Assembly: GCA_002633005.1 (NCBI GenBank) | Contig: NMRA01000411.1 | Coordinates: 101,266-165,265, forward strand | Direction of reading: 5' to 3' | DNA length: 64,000 nt | Source of the DNA: Phoronis australis | Taxonomy: Eukaryota; Animalia; Phoronida | In this document: positions 1 through 36,239 of the stretch, piece by piece | Layout: each line of letters begins with the position of its first letter | Numbering within the stretch: position 1 is the first letter of the stretch | Translations under genes and position numbers: made by a program | Notes under the pieces: model-generated | Seen by the model: only the letters and a program-made list of their open reading frames with translations | What the model was told of the DNA's origin: nothing | Databases searched by the model: none

Positions 1-450
1 GGCTCTATATTTTTGTTATTAGTAATATATGAAATAGATAAGGTTACCCAAATGTAAAATTGAAAGGATAGAACAGATGTGTAATGTGACAACTTTGTGT
101 GATGTAACTGTGCCTATTAGCTTTAGCTAGGCCATTTCAACTACAATGTCTACATACTTTATGCCATCAGTGTGAATTTGCCTGTGATAATTTATATGAT
201 GCCTTATAAATAACTATTTTATAACATTCCTGTTTTTGTCAACATAACATTTCTGGTTTTGCTAAATAAATCTTTAGAGACAGCCACCATTAATTCATTT
301 TCAGTGATCGTTTCGCACTGCGCAAGTAACAATACACACACGACAAGTTGCGTTCACAATTTTTATTTCAAATTGTTCCCAGGAAAGTTAAAATCTAGCA
401 TAACCCAAGTAAACATTGCTAACAGTCTAAACCAATACCTCAAACATCCA

Positions 451-456
451 TTTATT
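451..456 (-). terminator. Candidate distal HIPK polyadenylation signal
   Basis: AATAAA on the minus strand followed by GU-rich sequence. Other AATAAA hexamers lie nearer the stop, so usage is uncertain. Confidence 0.25.
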
Positions 457-2884
457 GCACACGGTGAAAGAAACTACTACTGCTTAACCCATTTACAGAC
501 TGCGGCAGAAACAAATTTTAGCACAACTTGCCAACAACTTTCTTTTTTACAGAAATGACGGTGAATCTTCAATTGAATTTTTCAATACCACTAACTCAGG
601 TCACTTGTAATATCAAGCTGCATCAACTTCAATAATATTCAGACTTCATGAATATTCAGACCGTAATAGCCGAGTCAAATCTCCAGAATTCTACTTGGAA
701 ACGTCCTACGACCTGAATATTCATGAATTATAAGACAGGTTTTTCCGAGTCCTTAAAACCACAGAGAGCAAAGAGGCAAATAGGAAGCTACGAACAACAC
801 TAAAAACGTCCAATTAATTAAAACACAGAACAAAAGAATTAAACCTTGAACAAATTAATAAAATATCACAAACATCTAACCCTAGAATGGGACACAGTGA
901 TCTGCCTTGCAGAGCGCAAAACATTTCATAAATCAGAGGGAGTTCTACCAAGACGGTGATACTCGCGTTGTTGAATCATGGTGTCATCATACCAAGTAAC
1001 ATCAACACTCAAAATATTCAAATACAACCGATCAATTGTGAACCATTCACAAGCATAAAAGAAAGTAAACCTACATCAAGGATATGTAATGAAAATAAAA
1101 TAACTTTCAACTCCAGGCAACGGTGATGAAATATACAACCAGTGTACAAACCACAAATCACCTGTACTACAAAACTATACAGTTCAAGAAATATTCCCCC
1201 TGAACTTATACATTGTGTGCCGCGTAAATGTTACGGCAAGATTTGACGGACAACTAAGCATTGTCAATAGGTAAGAGAGTCGAGATTAACAATTTTCCAG
1301 GAAACAATGGAATTAGACTCTCAAACCAATACCCTAAACAAGGAATCATTCTATTTTCTATGAAACCGTGGAACGTAATGCATATTTCTCTAAGTAAAGT
1401 TGTTGGAAAAATTTCCTGCAGCACACAATGCATGAGTCGAGGGACAGTCTCCATAACGAGCCTACAAACAACAGCCTACATAAACAAACACACATACAAA
1501 GAAGCGGAATTCTTATAAATGGAATTTCAAAATGCATCCCAAAGCCCCCTCCCAATTACGAAAATATCTACTTTTGCTATATTGCCTAATTCAAATTCTG
1601 GTAACCATGGTGATGATGAACAAGGCTAATAACGTAATGTCTTGATAAAAATGACAATGAGCACTGAAGAACCTAAATTTACGATTAATTTCAGAAAAAA
1701 ATACCGTATCAAAGACACAGTAATAAGTCAAAGAGTATTATCACACAAAACCATGACAAATTTGTAGTTCAAAGCACTTGAGCCATCACCATACCAACCA
1801 AGTAGAATGTGCCTAGATACCTACAGTACAATGTTGACTAGATGAGTTAACACGCCACACAATCAATGAAACATTAATATCATATGTAATAAGTGAAAAC
1901 CACTAGAGAAGATAGCAGACACAATACAATTTCATTAGTTACAACGTGACTACACAAGTCATCATTCAGTACGATTGATATCATCAAATGACTCCACAAA
2001 ATCTATCAATGAACGTTAAAGAAGTCAATGCAATCAAGTAACTGGCATTGCTTTATAAAACTCAGTTATGGGTCCAAACCATGAATTCATCTCCATCCGC
2101 TACACAGTCAACACCTATATAGTATACATATAAGAATATTAGCATTAATACGAGATCACGATAATAAAATTGGCTGTAACCACCAAACATCATGCACGCA
2201 AGAACACAGTACTAAATACAGAAGCACACTGTTAGCAAAAACAAAATCGCCAGTTAGAATATACAAAATGTGCGTTAAAATAACTAATCAACTGCTAACG
2301 AGGCTAGACAGACTAGATCCAAAGCACTGAAGTAACCGATTAACCAAGAATCGTCGTATACAATATTAGAGACAGTAAAATAAATCACTGGTAGTCATAG
2401 CCACGTTACAAGTCACAATCCAATAATTATGTTGATGCAAACATTTTAATACTCACAAGAGTCAATTCCCTAGATTCCTCAAAACCAGTATGCCAAAGAA
2501 GTTTATTTATTACAGTACTAGCCAAATAACGCACGGTAGTCGTGTATGCCAACAATAAACGAGCCATTCTAGCTGAGATTTCCTCCTGAATTACAACGGA
2601 ACGGCTGCAAGTATGAGGAGTAGGACATGATTATACGTAAAACATGATCTAGCTTGCAAAAAGACAACTCAGACCCAATATACACAATTACTGTCTATAC
2701 CCGCAGTGTCCATATCATAAACGTCTCGTGCACCGTACAACATTAGTCGCTCAAAATACTGATATAGCAATTCGAAGCTAAATATACAGACATCTAAAAT
2801 ATACAAAGACATAAACTGGAGACCAAGTAACAACTGAGTTGAACAAAATATTCATAGCAGAATTAGAACCAGCATCTTCTCTGA

Positions 2885-3410
2885 AGGCTATGTAGGACCT
2901 TATCAATAAGTCCGCGTATTTAGCAAATATCTACATAATTGCAAATTTTAACTATGTCACGTGACCATGCATTATGTCACGTGACCGTGCATTATGTCAT
3001 GTGACCATGCATTATGTCATGTGACCATGCATTATGTCATGTGACCGTGCATTATGTCATGTGACCATGCATTATGTCATGTGACCATGCATTATGTCAC
3101 GTGACCATGCATTATTAGAAAAAAGGTACATTGATAGCAAACCATCGGTATCACTAACATGATTAGATTTTATCTGATATACACGAGACCTCAAACATAC
3201 TTTAAGATTTCTAAAATATTTTGTTTTTGTTTTACGAAAATCATAGATGACCTCTCTTTTAATAAATGCCTCTCAAAGAAAAGAGAAACATTTTACAAAA
3301 AATTCCCGATAACGTTTTGGAATACAATGTACAAAGCATAATACCTCAAAGCCTTAATTTGTGAGAAAGTTAGCCAAATTTGGACGTTTTTCTAAGGTCC
3401 CACATAGCCT
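2885..3410. mobile_element. MITE, PIF/Harbinger-like
   Basis: 18-bp TIRs aggctatgtaggacctta / taaggtcccacatagcct (1 mismatch), flanked by TGA on both sides (3-bp TSD). Confidence 0.75.
2953..3115. repeat. 20-bp minisatellite x8 (tatgtcaYgtgaccRtgcat)
   Basis: Eight directly visible units inside the MITE. Confidence 0.97.
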
Positions 3411-4727
3411 TGATTAAGTTTAGCCTGTACTAAGATTGTCCATACAGTCAATTACATCACAACGTCTGCGTTTTCTTTGGTATTACAAAATACCGTCCAC
3501 CAAGGACAAGACATTGTTGGAGACAATTGCAAATTAAAACTGTCAAAAATCAGTGAATTTTAAGTTTTTCTAGCTACCGCGAAGGAATGTTTCGTTTTCA
3601 ATTTGGTAGCTACCGCATTATTCAAAATAATTCATCAACGTAAAATAAAATCGTGCACGGCAGCAGCGGGGACAAAAATTTACGAATTTAACCGTCGGTA
3701 CTGGCAAAAAAACTAACCAAATCTAGTGCACACATACACACACACCATAACTCGCACTACCCTCACACTAATACATCTGCATTTTCGTGATTCAATGAAA
3801 GACTATAAAGTGTGTAATATTACAATCTAGTGAATATCACTTAAAACACACATAATATGCTAAAAGCACAAATGACACACCGGTGATAATACGCATGACC
3901 TTGATGGTGTTGAATACAGTGTAATATAAATGCTCATCAGACCACTATAATCTTAGGAAACCAGGCGTTTATTTTTACAATACGCTAACTAAGTGAAGGA
4001 GAAGGCTTTCAAAAAGTTGTATTTGTAATTGCGGAACATTCTTAGTAGTATTAGCCTGAAAATGGCCTACTAAATTGGTGAATTATAATTACACAGAAAC
4101 ACTGCGAGGATGAAAACTGTTTAGACACATTCAACACTACCAGAGCATTATTTGTATCACATATGAGCTAAAAGTACCTGACGAAATACAGCCTATGGCT
4201 CGTTTGCAAGAAGTACAAGTAACGAAGTCAAAAAGATTGCATGCAAACAAAGCACTCAAAAGCTCACTCAAAGATGGAGAAACAATTCATTCGATTATGA
4301 CAGCCAAAAAGATGTACTGAGTTCTACACTAATTACATAAAATACATATTGGCAAGCCATGTTCACAGGCTAAAATAGAGAATGCAGTGTTCCAAAATTA
4401 AATGTTCCACTAGCCAAAGCACCCGCGCCCTCCTTAAGTCATTGGAGGCGGCGATATTCGTCGACACGTCAAATCAGTCTAGATAATCAATTATCAACAA
4501 AATCAAAATCGTGTCGCACCTCACTTTTAAGAAGCCAAGATAAAAACTACTTCAAATCCGTTTAAATATAATTAAGAGCATAAAAATTTACTCACGAAAT
4601 TCATTGACAAATATAACACTATCATAAACACACTTTATTATAATTATTAACGTCTAAGCAAAACAAAATTGTATGTTACATTCCAATTACTTTCAAAAAT
4701 TATCTCATCACCACAATTAGTCAAAAT

Positions 4728-4811
4728 AGGCCAAGCACAGACTTCCTAACGCCCTGTGCTTGGTACAAGGCCAAACACAGACATCTTAACGCCCTGTGCT
4801 TGGTACAAGGC
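4728..4811. repeat. 40-bp tandem duplication, each unit a hairpin
   Basis: aggccaaRcacagac...taacgccctgtgcttggtaca twice. Confidence 0.9.
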
Positions 4812-4906
4812 AGCAACAGATAAATTAAAAAAAAAAATGCGTCCCAGCAACAGCAGTGTTCAGTCGTGCGTGTCGACAACGAGGCATTCTGGGAAGTCCT
4901 GCGCTG

Positions 4907-29404
<24,498 letters not shown>

Positions 29405-29409
29405 TTAGC

Positions 29410-29690
29410 ATGCGTGCCCAATCCGACACACGCCTCCGTGTTTTTGCGATGCATACCAAATTCTACAGTTTTACTACATTTGCCTAAGAGCAAACGCACA
29501 TTTGTTGGTACGTGGTACACATCAAATACTACCGTTTCAGAATACATGCACGTGCTTAAGTGCACACGCACGTTTGCGGTAAAATGTTGCACACCAAATT
29601 CTACAATTTTGCAACACGTGCCTAAGTGCGCATTTGTGAATTTGCGATGGATACCAAATTCTATCATTTTAGCGCACGTGCCTAAGTGCA
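29410..29690. repeat. Degenerate ~65-bp tandem repeat (about 4.5 copies) just upstream of the HIPK exon 2 acceptor
   Basis: Recurrent gtgcctaagtgc...accaaattctac...ttt units. Confidence 0.8.
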
Positions 29691-32600
29691 TTATGCAAAA
29701 TCAAGGAATTTTGGTTCATTTTGGCTGAATGTTTTTGGCGTGCTCTGCACAAAAGCAGAATCAATCACAATGGCGAAATACTCCATAACATATGAAAAGT
29801 GTGAACTGAGATATGGGTTCACAAGTTTGTTCGACTTAAAAACAATCCCAAACTGACCAACTGCGAAAACGTAGATGGCCACCAACATGGCCGCTGTAAC
29901 AGATTTATCAGAAACTAGGGATTAAACGACTCCAACCAATCGATAAGATGTCATAATTTACCCACAGTTTCGAAGACAAATTTGGTTGCACTTTCCAGAC
30001 CCTGACTGCCAGCCACAGTTACCACATAATCACTTGTGGCAGAAATCGTTTACTAAGCCAAGGCCCTGATTAAACCCATGAGGCAAAACAATCATGTGAC
30101 ATTTAGTTTCATTACAAAAAGAAGCCACTGGTATCCGGCCAACTAACTTAATGCACAACTCTCACTCGTTTATCTCATAAACAATTTGTGGAGACAGATG
30201 GCACTCTATTATCTTACTCGCGCCAATGTTGGGATCAACACCAACCTCGAAATGTTAAAATGTTCACTTTCAGGCGGCCATTATACACTTAGTGCCGTTT
30301 CCCAAATTACACAACCAAGATTTCTTTAAGAGAGCCAGTGTGTGCAAACGCCCATCTCACGAGAATTTAAGCTCAGAAACCTATGGATAACGGCCACAGC
30401 TAAGAACTTTATGAAATAAAATTCAACCTGTCCACCAAAGTGTGAGTCAATTGAAGAGTAATTGTGCAATACTGGTCCCTTCATTCCAGTACCAAAGATG
30501 AAGTGTTTACACTCCAATATTCCCATCCATATACTGTCTACACAAGGACAAGTTTATCCACATAACAGGAACAGCACTGTGATAACAAGCCAGCTTCAAG
30601 CCTGTGATCTTTGTGAAGACCAGACAACAAAGGGGAACATAAACACGTGCAAGGTCTGAGTGCCTTCTAGTGGAGTGTATGGATTGTTCAGTACAGTCTC
30701 AACAAGTGCTTTGCTGCGAATGTCACAGCAGTTGGAGCAAGTCAATCCAAAGTGCGACCCAAAATATATACACGGCATCAGCTCACCTGGTTTCACACAA
30801 AATATTCTTTAAACAAATCCTGGAGGTGAAAAAGGAAGTCAGACATGACCAACTTGAAGAGTCGACATCAGCAACAACATGAATTAATCAAAAACTAACT
30901 TGGCCGACAATAAAACATACCAACTAATGTTTTTTCCTATCAACACCACAGCTCCCCTGTTTTACAGGTTTCAGTCAGTGGGAATGCACAACTCCTCTCA
31001 AAACAGCAGGGCAAAATTGGGAAGATGTGGGACTCCGCTGCAATGGGAAAAGTTAACCTCACTCCGCTGGAAGTAATCGCTAGAGGCCGCAACATTCAAC
31101 ACACACGTTCAATCAAGAGTGCAAATCAACTACGCCATCTGGTGTTTCATCCCTGCAACAAGCAGTAACACCCGATGTCGCCACTGCAGAGCAGTGACAA
31201 AGGTGAGCGCGGCTGCAATGGAATTGCAATAGACCACAGTTCTGTAACCGAAAGCGAAATGACAGTGCCCTGCCAACAGAGACCCTTCTCGGTGTAGCCA
31301 CCACAAGTTGTTTGAAAAGCAGACACAGGGAATGATTTCATCAGAAGTACCGAGAAGTACAATGAGAAAAACGTTCACATAAACACTAGGCATTAATTAT
31401 TAAGTTATTCTTATGACAACTCTCATTTTAGACACACACAAATATTTCCTTTGCATGCACAGAATCAGCAAATACAACACAAGCAGGGGTTTATCTGTAG
31501 AGCTAGCAGACTGTCAGCTAATTATCAAACACCGACTAAACAGATGGTTTTTGGCAAAACAAAATTCTTCGCAGCTTAGCACGATGCAGATATTTGCAAA
31601 AATGAAATGCTCGTTCCAGACAAAACGAAAAACAATCTTCCCATACACGTGTATCACTAGCAGATTCAAAATTTCCTCACAGACAGACGAAAAGCAACAC
31701 CTCATTCATCACAGGATTACCATTACATTTCATAACCAAGGTCATAATTATTTTCGGTCACACACATGGAACAGACTACAGGAACGAACGGGGCTCGCCA
31801 GTCTAGGAAGTCAACTGATTTCAAACTGCACCAAACTGCGTTGTAGAGAGACTTACTGAGTCCTTATATGTTCAGACTGGGGAAGCCAGCAGACATTAGT
31901 AACGCTTGCTGGCGCAGACCTCATGGCCAACAGCCAAAAATGCAACACCATTTCTCATCATCCAAAAATACCACCAAACACCACAACCACCACGCTTAGC
32001 GAGAAAATTCTGCCAAAGGGTAAGTTTAACATTAGTAATATTTCCCACATAAATTCTCTATCAACAGGCACACTTCCATGACCTTTCATTAAGCTCATCA
32101 CCGTGATTATCATATTTGGAATTTCAGTAACTTTCTTGCAGTGAAATAAAACCACTTTCAGCCATATCACATAAAAACAGCAGTCACTTTATCATTTTCT
32201 CTATTTCAAGAGCTGACTACGTCGCTACTAACAATAAATATCAACCGAATATAGTGTAATGACACAGCAAATTATTTCTGCACAAATACCATATGCTTTG
32301 GGTGAAGAGGTATCTCAAAGCAAATCGAGACTTCCCTACTGCTTCAACTCGTCTTATACAGATTTCCAGTATATAGAGGCGACTAATAGTACAACTGTAT
32401 ACAAAATGAGAAACATTCTCTCAATTCTTCACCAATAAGTATGCAAAATTAACATTACAGCTGAACTGACTTAGGTAAAATTATGTAAATCGCAAATGTT
32501 TACAACACGAGAATGCTTTTCAAATCTTCACAAAACATAAATGAGCAAAATTAATTCCACGTTTTCTAATACCAGTTGACACTCCGCAAAAACAACCAAT

Positions 32601-33459
32601 CCAATGCGTGCCGCACAAAACAAGATAACAACTTGTTGTTTTTGCACTTCGTCCTGATTGCATATTTCTAACACAGATACAAGTGTGCACATGGTAATTT
32701 TCCACTCAATGCGTACAAACAACTAGGGAAATTGCCTGCAAATGATGAAAATTCTGTCCTTTTGTGATGGCTGCAGGGTACCAACCACAGCTGTAGGCTA
32801 CCAACCACATTAGAAATCAAATTAAATTCTACTGATGAATTCTTATGTTTGTTAACCAACTGAAATAACAGGTTTATGCTATAGCTTCTTGACCAGTGAA
32901 ACATGGCCACAGGTCAAGTAGAATTAATGCAATCATCCATAACAACCGTAAGTTAACATATGGAAAATCTCACCAAATTAGGGCACAAAATGGCAAAGTT
33001 AAAAAATGTTTCATTTTTTCCTCGAAAGCCTAAGTTTCATCAAATATATGCTTCCGTCACTTCTAACTTCTAAAACATCAACCAATTGAATGTTTTGAGA
33101 AACTGTAGACATTCTAAACAGTTTTAGAAGATTTTGAAGACTGATTATTTTTTACCAAACTTGTTGAGATTTCAGCATACAATAAAACACTTGATGATCA
33201 ACTCGCACAATAACCCTCGCTCAATCACAAAACTAGGAAGCCAAAAGTTCAATGTGCCTACAGCAAGAAGTCAGTAATCTAGGATGACATCCATTGTCTG
33301 CTTTGCCTCACAACTGCCGTATTCATACGAGTTAATGCACAGGCGCTTAAATAGGGATACTGAAAAAAATTAGGGGTTGGGCATTCAAAAACGGAATTTT
33401 GAGAAGTCAAGGATGGGAGATGTCCAAACATCGGATTCGCTCACAGGAAGCTTTCCCCN

Positions 33460-33845
33460 AAAAAAAAAAAAAAAACGTTACCACCATCAGTAGCATGCGT
33501 CTGCGTCCTTTTAGCTCGCCCCGTCTACTCCCAACCCACACATTTTTGGCTGCAGAGCGGTAGTATTTGTCGCCGCGCTTAACAATGACACGAGACGCCA
33601 TTGAAAATCACATCACGCTATTCCAGATGCCCCGGCAATGTTGACAATTTACGTTCCTCTGAACATAAAGAGCAACTTCCGCTTTTCGAGGTGAATGTCG
33701 TCTGCAACGCTGCGGTAAGAAAGGAATTTGCCGCGGAAATTTTATATCAAATCCGATTTTTTTACGCGGAAATATTATAAAAAAAGCGGAAAGCATATTT
33801 GAAAAAAGCGGAAATCCGCGTTTCCGCGGAAAATTCCAAGCCCTG
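33460..33845. mobile_element. Partial copy of the hAT-like non-autonomous element at 57793-58303
   Basis: Nearly identical to 57924-58303 including the right TIR attccaagccctg; left part absent, with an N at 33459. Confidence 0.85.
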
Positions 33846-34859
33846 ATTAGTAATAACTTTTAGCTCCATCGCCTGCTCGGCCATGCAGGTCAACTTGTTT
33901 CCATAGTCCCGTTTAGCCATCAACTTTTGGCCCGGCGCAACTGACACGGAGCAAACTGACCCCTGTCAAGCGGCCATTTACACACACAACTCACAAACCG
34001 TGGCAAGACGGAAATTAAACGCTGGAGAGACTGGATCGCACATGCGCAGGTTTACAAATGACGAGAGTTGCAGAGACAAAGAACCCGTACGTAGGTCATT
34101 GCACAAGCGCAGTAGAGATGATCCTTTCCGCCTTACTCCAGGTTCGCGTTTAGACTTATAATTGACACGGTGCAAGATGTTCCAGCGCAAATTACTCTAC
34201 CTCACAAACAGGTGGCAAACATTTGTCACCGCGGTGTCAATTTGCGCAGGCAGTGTCTGTCTGTTTACACACTGGAACAACTTGTTCCATGTCAGCTGAT
34301 CCATGTCAACTTTGTAAGTGTAAACGGCACTCATGTGACCAACAGTCACACCAGTTGTAGAGCACATGCCCACAGCCAGCCAATGTTCATCAGCAACAAT
34401 AGCTTTTATATTGCCAAGAAATCAATTCTCTTTAGGGCACGTACAAGCCGAGGCCAGTTTTAGCACTGTAATGGTACGCGAGCGATTATTTCTCACATGA
34501 AAAATAGCTGAAGTCAGCTACATTGGGGCTTAAACATAAAACAAATAAGTTTACAACGCTGCAAAAATTAACTGAAACTACTTTCAACAACCAGTTCACT
34601 CAATATACAAAATGCAAGACAAGGCATTCTCGGAAAAAATAAGACTAACCCCAATCATAGCGGATACATGTCCAGGACTCCTGCAACTACTAATCAGTAA
34701 GTGCTTGCACAAATAATGTCACCTGTATCACATAATTAGAGTGCTCAAAAATGAGACGAAGTACCTGGCGTCAAAATACATCTAACCAACAACTGTCCTG
34801 CCGATTCGATTTAAAATAAAACATAGACAAACCTCTTACAGTGATAACTGCGGGGAAAA

Positions 34860-35030
34860 ATTATCAATCATTAATTTTAAATTCAAAACCTGTCAACACC
34901 AAAGATATTAACGAGTTTGAAGTGACACCATTGACAAGAAAAGTGATTTTCTGAAACTGGCCCCAGCGTGGATTCAAAACGGGATCTTTCATGTTGGTAA
35001 ACAAATGTTCTGCTGACAAGCTAAATCCCA
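34860..35030 (-). mobile_element. Degenerate tRNA-derived SINE-like head
   Basis: On the minus strand, A-box-like TAGCTTGTCAG and B-box-like GTTTTGAATCC at tRNA-like spacing; no intact cloverleaf. Confidence 0.35.
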
Positions 35031-36142
35031 CTCGATAAATGACAGTATTTTCCAGGTATGGTATTTATCTAGTATAATTAACCAAGCTTCAATGAACGTC
35101 TGGAACATAGGCAAAACAAAATCATAAAACCACAACATATTTTATTGTTTTATCGCTCTCGTCAAAGGTTATACACCGTAACTTCGAAAAGTCTATCCTA
35201 TACAACAAGAATCCTAAACTGGTGTTTGGGGAGATCCTTCAATATTTTCACACGAGGTCTGAAGATGTAACAAATACCTCCAGTTTACACACATCCCTGG
35301 CAGCTGAGCACTGACTCAAGCACGGGGAATCCAGTTTCCAAATAAAAAACACACACGCGACCTCGACCAGCTGCTGGTTCGTAATTTTAGAATCAGTGGA
35401 TAAGGCAAACAAGCTCCAGATAAAACTAGAGGTTGTTGAATGTAAGGAAAAGTTGTTTGTTGTAGAACCCAGGTACTTCACAGTAAATGGCTTATACAGT
35501 GCCTTTCCCACCATGAGTTGCTCCAAAACAAGTTACAACTGGAACTTGGGACGTCTCTTGGTTAAGTTGTAATCTGAATGCTTTCATAGGCTGTGGCCAC
35601 TTGAGACACATGGTAACTTATCCCACCCTATTGAGGTAGAGTAATTTGTTCTAGGTTAACTTGCCACGTTCAAGATGCAAACCTGCAGAGGATGGGAAAA
35701 GCAATACCTCTCCTCATTTACATCCATATGGTGTATAAGAGCCTCTAATTTTGTTTGCTGACATGTTTGTGGCAGAGTGTGTGGTGTGTAGCGTGGACTC
35801 TCAGGCTGAACAAGAGCAAGTAAAGCAAGTTGTTCAGTGTGAACACGACTTAACTCACTAAACTTAGTGAGAACATGACTTTAAGAACGAACAATAGCGT
35901 GTTACTACACATTCCTATCAGGAACAACAGATTTTGTAAATGGTGCCCCACTGAACGACAAATTGCTTGTAGTTCTCTTGGCAACAGTATGGCCAAAGGC
36001 ACTAATAATGAGTGCTTTTAGGCAGCCTACTCAGGAACTATGTCATGGTGGAAGAGTGTGATTACATCTATTTTGCAATAAAAATGATATCAAACACATG
36101 GCTAGCAAGACATGCAAGCCTTGTGTGGAACCTTGTATATCA

Positions 36143-36239
36143 AGGTAGACCCAAAACACTTGAATAAGTCAGACCCAAAACACTTGAATAAGCCAGACCC
36201 AAAACACTTGAATAAGGTAGACCCAAAACACTTGCATAA
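36143..36239. repeat. 24-bp minisatellite x4 (agacccaaaacacttgaataagNN)
   Basis: Directly visible. Confidence 0.95.
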
